Under the pieces are notes generated by a model. The model did not search any database. It saw only the letters and a program-made list of their open reading frames with translations, and was not told the origin of the DNA. A program made the translations under genes and the position numbers. Source: Macrostomum lignano (taxonomy: Eukaryota). Taken from it: a DNA stretch of 64,000 bases. Positions 1-10,711 of this stretch are shown piece after piece (the first letter of the stretch is position 1; each line of letters begins with the position of its first letter). The stretch lies in the NCBI GenBank assembly GCA_002269645.1, contig NIVC01001188.1, positions 1 to 64,000 of the forward strand, read 5' to 3'.

Positions 1-810
1 AGAGGGTAGGGAAGGGAGAGAGTGGCAGGGAGAGGGTAGGGAAGGGAGAGAGTGGCAGGGAGAGGGTAGGGAAGGAGAGAGTGCAGGGAGAGGGTAGGGA
101 AGGGAGAGTGCAGGGAGAGGGTAGGGAAGGGAGAGTGGCAGGGAGAGGGTAGGGAAGGGAGAGAGTGGCAGGGAGAGGGTAGGGAAGGGAGAGAGTGGCA
201 GGGAGAGGGTAGGGAAGGGTGAGTGACAGGAGAGGGTAGGGAAGGAGAGTGGCAGGGAGAGGGTAGGGAAGGGAGAGTGGCAGGGAGAGGGTAGGGAAGG
301 GAGAGTGGCAGGGAGAGGGTAGGGAAGGGAGAGTGGCAGGGAGAGGGTAGGGAAGAGAGAGTGGCAGGGAGAGGGTAGGGAAGGGAGAGTGGCAGGGAGA
401 GGGTAGGGAAGGGAGAGAGTGGCAGGGAGAGGGTAGGGAAGGAGAGTGGCAGGGAGAGGGTAGGGAAGGAGAGAGTGGCAGGGAGAGGGTAGGGAAGGAG
501 AGAGTGGCAGGGAGAGGGTAGGGAAGGGAGAGTGGCAGGGAGAGGGTAGGGAAGGAGAGAGTGGCAGGGAGAGGGTAGGGAAGGAGAGAGTGGCAGGGAG
601 AGGGTAGGGAAGGGAGAGTGGCAGGGAGAGGGTAGGGAAGGGAGAGTGGCAGGGAGAGGGTAGGGAAGGGAGAGTGGCAGGGAGAGGGTAGGGAAGGGAG
701 AGTGGCAGGGAGAGGGTAGGAAGGAGAGTGGCAGGGAGAGGGTAGGGAAGGAGAGTGGCAGGGAGAGGGTAGGGAAGGGAGAGTGGCAGGGAGAGGGTAG
801 GGAAGGGAGT
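1..810 (+). repeat. Purine-rich minisatellite (~27-30 bp unit AGGGAGAGGGTAGGGAAGGGAGAGTGGC), G-quadruplex motif in each unit
   Basis: About 28 imperfect tandem copies are visible. Each carries GGGAGAGGGTAGGGAAGGG (four G3 runs). The array runs off the window start. Confidence 0.95.
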
Positions 811-1769
811 GACGGGGAGAAATAGGGAAGAAGTGACGGGGAGAGGATAGGGAGAGGTTAAATAGGGACAGTTGAAATAAAGGCAGGAGGGATAGTAAAG
901 AATAAAAGGGAAAATGTCGGGCAGATAGTGGAGGGCTTATCATGGGGATTAAAGCGAATATGTTTTGCAAGCCAAAAAGGCATCTGTAAAATATCCACTT
1001 GAGAGAGCGGGTGAGGTTTTGTGAGTGCAGAGACGCTACTTTAGGCCGCAGGTTTGGAAGGCTGTTCATTACCCGCAGACTTATTGTCCGTTACTTGGTC
1101 TGGACACAGCTGAAACTGCGCATCTCGTGCGCCAGTCTGTCAATTGCCCTGCCTTACAATTTAAAGAGCTTTCTGCGTACCCAGCAGCTGTTTGAGCCGT
1201 GGACTTCTAGGCCTAGAATCTGGAAAATAGAAACCGCCGCCCATAGGGTGTTTATGAGCTCCTTGGCCACGATATAGGCTATAGGCTTGGTAACTTAAGC
1301 TATTGCAAAGCCGGGAGGGCGTGGCCTAGCAGTGATTGATGTCGCCCAGCTGCCCAGCTGTGTGCCCGGCGCGCATGGATTTGGGGGTGTTGCAGTTAAA
1401 AAGCATTGACAGATTGGTCAGCTCCCCCCTATCCTGGGGCCAGCTAAAATGTACTTTTTTCTTCGCACCCTACACGGCAATTTACGCGATTCATCAGCTC
1501 CTCCCATCGCTTGATGTGTCAGCCATATTATTAACTGCAGTTTAGTGGGGCACAACTTCTCTATGCAATCACTGAGTCTCCGACTTCTCTATGTGCAACT
1601 TTCCAATGCAAACCAAACTATTCATTTTATTTTACTGAGGCTCTTCAGTGCTTATCGTAATTACTACTTTCCCGTAACAACTGGTGACCTTTTCCTACCA
1701 TCCAATGACCCAATTTGCCTTGCAACAAGCGGCTCAACCACCATAGCAACCAGCTTACCCAGTCACCCT

Positions 1770-1865
1770 AGCAACCAGTGACTCACTCCCCTAGCTTGCA
1801 CTCCCCTAGCAACCAGTGACGCACTCCCCTAGCAACCAGTGACGCACTCCCGTAGCAACCAGTGC
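1770..1865 (+). repeat. Short ~23-bp tandem repeat (CACTCCCCTAGCAACCAGTGACG) just upstream of the Cdc20 acceptor
   Basis: About 4 degenerate copies ending ~15 nt before the AG at 1881-1882. Confidence 0.75.
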
Positions 1866-1882
1866 CCGCCACCGCACTGCAG

Positions 1883-2914
1883 GGTCGCATCCTGACCTAC
1901 ACGTCAGGCGCTCCGCAGCGAGCGCCCCGGCCTACCTGACGTCGGCTTCCACCAAGACGGCGCCCGCCGCGCAAGGTGCCAACCTCGGCCGAGAGAACTT
2001 TGGACGCGCCGAATCTCGTCAACGATTATTACCTGAACCTGCTGGACTGGAGCTCCGAGAACGTCCTAGCTTGCGCCCTGGGCGAGTCCGTCTACCTGTG
2101 GAACGGCGGCGACGGCAGCATCACGCACCTGGTTGACCTGGCCAATTTCGACAATGCGCACGGATTTGTGGCCTGCGTGAAATGGGCGCCGGTCAGCAAC
2201 TACCTGGCCGTCTCGACAACCTGGGCGACGTCTACCTGTTCGACGTGAACACCCAGCGGGCTGTGAGGCGAATGCGCCCCACCTCGGACATTGGCCGGGT
2301 GTCCGCGCTGAGCTGGCGGGAGCACCTGCTGTCCAGCGGCAGCCGCTGGGGCCAGCTGCGCCACGCGGATGTCCGCCAGTCCTCCTGGCTGGTGGGCAGC
2401 GCCCAGTTCCACACCCAGGAGGTCTGCGGCCTCGCCTGGTCGCCTGACGGTCATCATCTGGCCTCGGGCGGCAACGACAATTTAGTCGCCGTCTGGGGAT
2501 TCGACGTTGCCGCCGAGGCGCCGCTGCACGTGATGACGCATCACCAGAGCGCGGTGAAGTCGCTGGCCTGGTGCCCCTGGAAGCAGAACCTGCTGGCCAC
2601 TGGCGGCGGCAGCATCTGCAAGCACATGCGCTTCTGGAATGCGCGCACTGGGGCTCACGTGGCCAGCGTGGACACTGCAGCCAGGTGCGAAATTTACCTC
2701 ATTTTCAATGTACTCTATGCACACGATATGTATCAAGAGGTTGTTAAACTTAGAATAAAACTATGTAAAAATAAAAAAGCGACTCAAACCAATGCTGGAA
2801 TGTTGATTGACAACTGATCCAGTGACGAGGTTTGTGCAGCACTGAGCCTGTAGGGTCCCAACTCGGTACTTAGCTGTTTAGTTAGTTAGCTAGCTAGTTA
2901 GCTAGTTAGTTATC

Positions 2915-3013
<99 letters not shown>

Positions 3014-3026
3014 CTAGTTAGTTATC

Positions 3027-3097
<71 letters not shown>

Positions 3098-3102
3098 CTA
3101 GC

Positions 3103-3141
<39 letters not shown>

Positions 3142-3154
3142 CTAGTTAGTTATC

Positions 3155-3205
<51 letters not shown>

Positions 3206-3218
3206 CTAGTTAGTTATC

Positions 3219-3249
<31 letters not shown>

Positions 3250-3796
3250 CTAGCTAGCTAGTTAGTTAGTTAGCTAGCTACTTAGTTAGCTAGTTGGCTA
3301 GTTAGTTAGTTAGCTAGCTACTTAGTTAGCTAGTTGGCTAGTTAGCTACTTAGTTAGCTAGTTAGCTAGTTATTTCGTACACCGAAAGTGTCTTTGGCCC
3401 TGTTGGCTGTTGCAAGCCTTCGGGGAGGCAGGCAGTGTGGCCCATCCCCTGTTCGCTCACACGGATGCCAACGCATCGAACCGCTTCCAGGTGTCCGGCA
3501 TTGTTTGGAACGAGGAATACCGCGAGCTGGTGACCAGCCACGGCTACTCTGAGCACCAGCTCACCCTGTGGAAGTACCCGGAGCTCAGCAAGGTGGCGGA
3601 CCTGCTGGGCCACTCGGACAGAGTCCTGTGCCTGGTCGGCTCGCCGGACGGCGAACGGGTGGCCAGCGCAAGCTCGGACGAGACCCTCCGCATCTGGCGC
3701 TGCTTCGAGCTGGACGCCAAGCGGGCCGCCAAGAAGAAGCGGGCGGCGGCCGCCCAGCGAGAGGACCGGACCTACTCGCTAGCCGCCCTGCGCTGA
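1883..3796 (+). CDS. CDC20: Cdc20/fizzy APC/C co-activator (WD40), 5'-incomplete; exons 1883-2684 and 3491-3796; contains apparent 1-nt frameshifts
   Basis: Motifs in order: RILTY (KILR-like), LDAPNLVNDYYLNLLDWS, HTQEVCGLAWSPDGHHLASGGNDNLV, AVKSLAWCPW..LLATGGG, VSGIVW..ELVTSHG, LLGHSDRVLCL..SPDG..VASASSDETLRIWRCF, terminal LR. WCPW and NDNLV favour Cdc20 over Cdh1. Acceptor ctgcag|1883, donor CAG|gtgcga 2685, acceptor ttccag|3491, TGA 3794-3796. The reading frame is broken near 1915-1970 (in-frame TGA 1937-1939), ~2215 and ~2680. No C-box exon found in the window. Confidence 0.88.
2878..3372 (+). repeat. (TAGT)n microsatellite with TAGC variants, inside the Cdc20 intron
   Basis: Direct inspection. 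Confidence 0.97.
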
Positions 3797-4405
3797 GCAG
3801 GGACATTGGAGTGGCAGGCGAATACTTATTTAATCATAACTAATGCCAGACTCAGTCTACCGCATCTGCAGCTGATTCATTTATCAATAATTTATTCTTG
3901 TCAAGCAAATCTCTCCCCAACTGCCTATTATTTGTCATTTAAGCATTTTTAATTTTACCAGTTTGAGTCCGTATTTACCTGTCTGCATCTAAAATAAGCT
4001 ATTATAATGCTCGCATTTCTACTTGCGGTAGTGCAATAGGTGCATTCAAAGTTATTTATATTGTCGCAGGATCAAAGGTGGAATTTATTTTTAGTCCAGT
4101 TAATGTATAAACTTTATAGGTATTTACTCTACTTTCAATATTTCCATTTTTATGCTCAAATTTCTGCAGCCCGTTGATTCTTTTTCGGTTATTTTTATAC
4201 TCCATTCTTCTCCAGTCGCTTTTGTATTGCTTTTTTCGTCTTGAAGTAATCCAAATTAAATATACGGTCATTGGTCGCATCGATATGGTCTTAATTTTGC
4301 TGGCGATAATAAATTAAAATAAACTCATTTATAGGCTTTGCCAACTTTTATCTTTGATACTGAAAATGTTGGTTATAGATTTGAAAAGTAAAACAGATCG
4401 CGCTC

Positions 4406-7400
4406 GCTGTGTCAGTCACGGCACTGAAATAAAATCCAGTTGAGGGTGCTGTGTCAGTCACGGCACTGAAATAAAATCCAGTTGAGGGTGCTGTGTCAGT
4501 CACGGCACTGAAATGGAATCCAGTTGAGGGTGCTGTGTCAGTCACTGAGCCAAGGCACTGAAATGGAATCCAGTTGAAGGTGCTGTGTCAGTCACGGCAC
4601 TGAAATGGAATCCAGTTGAGGGTGCTGTGTCAGTCACTGAGCCAAGGCACTGAAATGGAATCCAGTTGAGGGTGCTGTGTCAGTCACTGAGCCAAGGCAC
4701 TGAAATGGAATCCAGTTGAGGGTGCTGTGTCAGTCACTGAGCCAAGGCACTGAAATGGAATCCAGTTGAGGGTGCTGTGTCAGTCACTGAGCCAAGGCAC
4801 TGAAATGGAATCCAGTTGAGGGTGCTGTGTCAGTCACTGAGCCAAGGCACTGAAATGGAATCCAGTTGAGGGTGCTGTGTCAGTCACTGAGCCAAGGCAC
4901 TGAAATGGAATCCAGTTGAGGGTGCTGTGTCAGTCATGAGCCAAGGCACTGAAATGGAATCCAGTTGAGGGTGCTGTGTCAGTCAATGAGCCAAGGCACT
5001 GAAATGGAATCCAGTTGAGGGTGCTGTGTCAGTCACTGAGCCAAGGCACTGAAATGGAATCCAGTTGAGGGTGCTGTGTCAGTCACTGAGCCAAGGCACT
5101 GAAATGGAATCCAGTTGAGGGTGCTGTGTCAGTCACTGAGCCAAGGCACTGAAATGGAATCCAGTTGAGGGTGCTGTGTCAGTCACTGAGCCAAGGCACT
5201 GAAATGGAACCCAGTTGAGGGTGCTGTGTCAGTCACTGAGCCAAGGCACTGAAATGGAATCCAGTTGAGGGTGCTGTGTCAGTCACTGAGCCAAGGCACT
5301 GAAATGGAATCCAGTTGAGGGTGCTGTGTCAGTCAATGAGCCAAGGCACTGAAATGGAATCCAGTTGAGGGTGCTGTGTCAGTCACTGAGCCAAGGCACT
5401 GAAATGGAATCCAGTTGAGGGTGCTGTGTCAGTCACTGAGCCAAGGCACTGAAATGGAACCAGTTGAGGGTGCTGTGTCAGTCAATGAGCCAAGGCACTG
5501 AAATGGAATCCAGTTGAGGGTGCTGTGTCAGTCACTGAGCCAAGGCACTGAAATGGAATCCAGTTGAGGGTGCTGTGTCAGTCACTGAGCCAAGGCACTG
5601 AAATGGAACCCAGTTGAGGGTGCTGTGTCAGTCACTGAGCCAAGGCACTGAAATGGAATCCAGTTGAGGGTGCTGTGTCAGTCACTGAGCCAAGGCACTG
5701 AAATGGAATCCAGTTGAGGGTGCTGTGTCAGTCACTGAGCCAAGGCACTGAAATGGAATCCAGTTGAGGGTGCTGTGTCAGTCACTGAGCCAAGGCACTG
5801 AAATGGAATCCAGTTGAGGGTGCTGTGTCAGTCACTGAGCCAAGGCACTGAAATGGAATCCAGTTGAGGGTGCTGTGTCAGTCACTGAGCCAAGGCACTG
5901 AAATGGAATCCAGTTGAGGGTGCTGTGTCAGTCACTGAGCCAAGGCACTGAAATGGAATCCAGTTGAGGGTGCTGTGTCAGTCACTGAGCCAAGGCACTG
6001 AAATGGAATCCAGTTGAGGGTGCTGTGTCAGTCACTGAGCCAAGGCACTGAAATGGAATCCAGTTGAGGGTGCTGTGTCAGTCACTGAGCCAAGGCACTG
6101 AAATGGAATCCAGTTGAGGGTGCTGTGTCAGTCACTGAGCCAAGGCACTGAAATGGAACCAGTTGAGGGTGCTGTGTCAGTCACTGAGCCAAGGCACTGA
6201 AATGGAATCCAGTTGAGGGTGCTGTGTCAGTCACTGAGCCAAGGCACTGAAATGGAACCAGTTGAGGGTGCTGTGTCAGTCACTGAGCCAAGGCACTGAA
6301 ATGGAACCCAGTTGAGGGTGCTGTGTCAGTCACTGAGCCAAGGCACTGAAATGGAATCCAGTTGAGGGTGCTGTGTCAGTCACTGAGCCAAGGCACTGAA
6401 ATGGAACCCAGTTGAGGGTGCTGTGTCAGTCATGAGCCAAGGCACTGAAATGGAATCCAGTTGAGGGTGCTGTGTCAGTCATGAGCCAAGGCACTGAAAT
6501 GGAATCCAGTTGAGGGTGCTGTGTCAGTCACTGAGCCAAGGCACTGAAATGGAACCCAGTTGAGGGTGCTGTGTCAGTCACTGAGCCAAGGCACTGAAAT
6601 GGAACCCAGTTGAGGGTGCTGTGTCAGTCACTGAGCCAAGGCACTGAAATGGAATCCAGTTGAGGGTGCTGTGTCAGTCACTGAGCCAAGGCACTGAAAT
6701 GGAACCAGTTGAGGGTGCTGTGTCAGTCACTGAGCCAAGGCACTGAAATGGAATCCAGTTGAGGGTGCTGTGTCAGTCACTGAGCCAAGGCACTGAAATG
6801 GAATCCAGTTGAGGGTGCTGTGTCAGTCACTGAGCCAAGGCACTGAAATGGAATCCAGTTGAGGGTGCTGTGTCAGTCACTGAGCCAAGGCACTGAAATG
6901 GAATCCAGTTGAGGGTGCTGTGTCAGTCAATGAGCCAAGGCACTGAAATGGAATCCAGTTGAGGGTGCTGTGTCAGTCACTGAGCCAAGGCACTGAAATG
7001 GAATCCAGTTGAGGGTGCTGTGTCAGTCACTGAGCCAAGGCACTGAAATGGAATCCAGTTGAGGGTGCTGTGTCAGTCACTGAGCCAAGGCACTGAAATG
7101 GAATCCAGTTGAGGGTGCTGTGTCAGTCACTGAGCCAAGGCACTGAAATGGAATCCAGTTGAGGGTGCTGTGTCAGTCACTGAGCCAAGGCACTGAAATG
7201 GAACCCAGTTGAGGGTGCTGTGTCAGTCACTGAGCCAAGGCACTGAAATGGAATCCAGTTGAGGGTGCTGTGTCAGTCAATGAGCCAAGGCACTGAAATG
7301 GAATCCAGTTGAGGGTGCTGTGTCAGTCAATGAGCCAAGGCACTGAAATGGAATCCAGTTGAGGGTGCTGTGTCAGTCACTGAGCCAAGGCACTGAAATG

Positions 7401-9096
7401 GAATCCAGTTGAGGGTGCTGTGTCAGTCACTGAGCCAAGGCACTGAAATGGAATCCAGTTGAGGGTGCTGTGTCAGTCACTGAGCCAAGGCACTGAAATG
7501 GAATCCAGTTGAGGGTGCTGTGTCAGTCACTGAGCCAAGGCACTGAAATGGAACCCAGTTGAGGGTGCTGTGTCAGTCACTGAGCCAAGGCACTGAAATG
7601 GAATCCAGTTGAGGGTGCTGTGTCAGTCACTGAGCCAAGGCACTGAAATGGAACCAGTTGAGGGTGCTGTGTCAGTCACTGAGCCAAGGCACTGAAATGG
7701 AACCCAGTTGAGGGTGCTGTGTCAGTCACTGAGCCAAGGCACTGAAATGGAATCCAGTTGAGGGTGCTGTGTCAGTCACTGAGCCAAGGCACTGAAATGG
7801 AACCCAGTTGAGGGTGCTGTGTCAGTCATGAGCCAAGGCACTGAAATGGAATCCAGTTGAGGGTGCTGTGTCAGTCAATGAGCCAAGGCACTGAAATGGA
7901 ATCCAGTTGAGGGTGCTGTGTCAGTCACTGAGCCAAGGCACTGAAATGGAACCCAGTTGAGGGTGCTGTGTCAGTCACTGAGCCAAGGCACTGAAATGGA
8001 ATCCAGTTGAGGGTGCTGTGTCAGTCACTGAGCCAAGGCACTGAAATGGAATCCAGTTGAGGGTGCTGTGTCAGTCACTGAGCCAAGGCACTGAAATGGA
8101 ACCCAGTTGAGGGTGCTGTGTCAGTCACTGAGCCAAGGCACTGAAATGGAATCCAGTTGAGGGTGCTGTGTCAGTCACTGAGCCAAGGCACTGAAATGGA
8201 ACCCAGTTGAGGGTGCTGTGTCAGTCACTGAGCCAAGGCACTGAAATGGAATCCAGTTGAGGGTGCTGTGTCAGTCACTGAGCCAAGGCACTGAAATGGA
8301 ATCCAGTTGAGGGTGCTGTGTCAGTCACTGAGCCAAGGCACTGAAATGGAATCCAGTTGAGGGTGCTGTGTCAGTCACTGAGCCAAGGCACTGAAATGGA
8401 ATCCAGTTGAGGGTGCTGTGTCAGTCACTGAGCCAAGGCACTGAAATGGAATCCAGTTGAGGGTGCTGTGTCAGTCACTGAGCCAAGGCACTGAAATGGA
8501 ATCCAGTTGAGGGTGCTGTGTCAGTCACTGAGCCAAGGCACTGAAATGGAATCCAGTTGAGGGTGCTGTGTCAGTCACTGAGCCAAGGCACTGAAATGGA
8601 ATCCAGTTGAGGGTGCTGTGTCAGTCACTGAGCCAAGGCACTGAAATGGAATCCAGTTGAGGGTGCTGTGTCAGTCACTGAGCCAAGGCACTGAAATGGA
8701 ATCCAGTTGAGGGTGCTGTGTCAGTCACTGAGCCAAGGCACTGAAATGGAATCCAGTTGAGGGTGCTGTGTCAGTCACTGAGCCAAGGCACTGAAATGGA
8801 ATCCAGTTGAGGGTGCTGTGTCAGTCACTGAGCCAAGGCACTGAAATGGAATCCAGTTGAGGGTGCTGTGTCAGTCACTGAGCCAAGGCACTGAAATGGA
8901 ACCCAGTTGAGGGTGCTGTGTCAGTCACTGAGCCAAGGCACTGAAATGGAATCCAGTTGAGGGTGCTGTGTCAGTCACTGAGCCAAGGCACTGAAATGGA
9001 ACCCAGTTGAGGGTGCTGTGTCAGTCAATGAGCCAAGGCACTGAAATGGAATCCAGTTGAGGGTGCTGTGTCAGTTAAGGCACTAAAATAAAATCC
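4406..9096 (+). repeat. 50-bp tandem satellite (GGCACTGAAATGGAATCCAGTTGAGGGTGCTGTGTCAGTCACTGAGCCAA), ~90 copies
   Basis: The period is exactly 50 over long stretches (e.g. 5641/5691). The first units are 42-bp variants. There are no unique spacers. Confidence 0.98.
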
Positions 9097-10711
9097 TGCT
9101 TTCTGTTCAATTCTATCATTTCACTTCCTGTGCGTGGCTACAAATCCCATTGTCCCGCCTGCTCAACTACTCCAGCAGAGCATACTCTTGTTGTCATGAC
9201 AGCCGCAAAGCTTTTTAATTGCACTTGTGCTGCTTCTCACCGCCCGCGAGCCTGCGTCATTCGGAGCAGCCAGGCTGCTAGCGGAATTCTCCTACAGAGC
9301 CCTCATTGTGAGTCGCTCTGAGATTCTTGATGTAGCTGCTCCAGCTGGACTAAAGTGTCCCTTGCTCGGCATTTCCCTTCTGCAGGTGCTTGAAAAAGCA
9401 ATGAGAGATTTTAAATTTCAACCCTCCTTGGATTTGCGCAGCGGCCAATTGAATGAGGATTTTTTACTTTCTTCCTTTTCTCACAATTCTTCCTCTTTCT
9501 TTCTAGACAGAGCCACTTGAACTCTCCCGATTAGGCCGCACCTGACTGAACCGCGCAGTCCCGGGGAGCCTGACGTCAATTAGAGACCGAAGCTGCCCCT
9601 TCTAGAATTGCAGCTCACGCAATCCCGCGGCTGCTCTCCCCGATCTCTCGTTTCTCTCAGCTCCATTCGCTTTTACAAAGTCTACTTGGGGTTTTTAAAG
9701 TCCGCGGTAAGCAAGCTGGGATTCGTTGCTAGGGGCGGCATCGTTGAAGCGCTACTGTGCCTTGCCCCGCCACCCAGTCCCGAATAGTCGGCCGAAAACT
9801 TGTCTCCCCGCGTCATCTGAAGCCTCTCAGCCTCCCCGGCCTCGCAGTGGCTGGCGAGTTATGAACTGCTGGCAGGAGATGCAGAACGGCTGTGCGGCAA
9901 GCGGAACTGCAGCTGCGCCTTCTTCTCCTGCCCGTTCCAGTCCGCTAGAAGAGGCAGCCAAGGCGACTTGGGGCAGCCGCTGGAATTCAAACTGGGGTTT
10001 TTTTGGAATTTGGGGCAGAAAATGAAGGCAATAGAGAGTTGGACGGGGAGGAGGCCTCTCCAACCCACCCTGACCCGCGCGCTCCCCCAATTCACCTTCC
10101 GCTAAGTGCAAGGAGGCGTTGGCGCGCGCCGTCTTTCGCGTTTCGTCATTCATTCAGCCCCCCCCGGCCCCCACCGCACCGCTGCTGCCGCTGCTGCACT
10201 CTGGGCAGCCCGGGTCTTGGCGCTTCGCCCCGGCCCAACAATCAATGCCTGATTCCAGCTAGCAGCACGCAGTTCTCCCGCCTCAGGCCCGCCTTGGCTG
10301 TCGTCTCTGCCCTCCCGTCCAACTGCAAAAAATTAGGGAGGGATTTTTCCCATCTCCCCCAGGCAGCAGCAGCAGCAGCTCCGGCCCGTCATTGGCTGAG
10401 CAGCAACTTGGAGTGAAGGGAGGAGGTGGGTGGGTTTGAGGTGAATCTCGGCCTCCCCAGGCTTTTATCCTCCTTTCTCCCAGCATCCACTTGCTCCTCA
10501 TCTCTGCTCCTTGCACTCGCGGGGCCTCAGCCGTCGCAGTCTCTCCGTCCGCCAGTCCCCGAGATTGAAATCTAAGCGGCAGGAAGTGGCCGCGAAGTAA
10601 AAATCCAATTCTTGGCTGAGAACTGAGTGAGCACTGAGGGACATGGCCGCGCCGGCTGGCTGCTCATAGCGCTTGAAAACTTGGCAGAAATCCCCGGTTT
10701 CGACTCCGAAA

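Noticed and set aside
4406-9096. 50-bp array as a CRISPR array
   Set aside because: There are no unique spacers (units are contiguous and nearly identical), no cas genes, and the context is a spliced eukaryotic genome.
9571-9578. Perfect CRE palindrome TGACGTCA ~1.1 kb upstream of the NCX ATG
   Set aside because: A single 8-mer with unknown TSS; expected by chance about once per 65 kb.
10673-10711. TTG-initiated N-terminal extension of NCX and read-through to 12541
   Set aside because: ATG 10712 directly precedes the signal peptide, and homology stops at the donor 12321.
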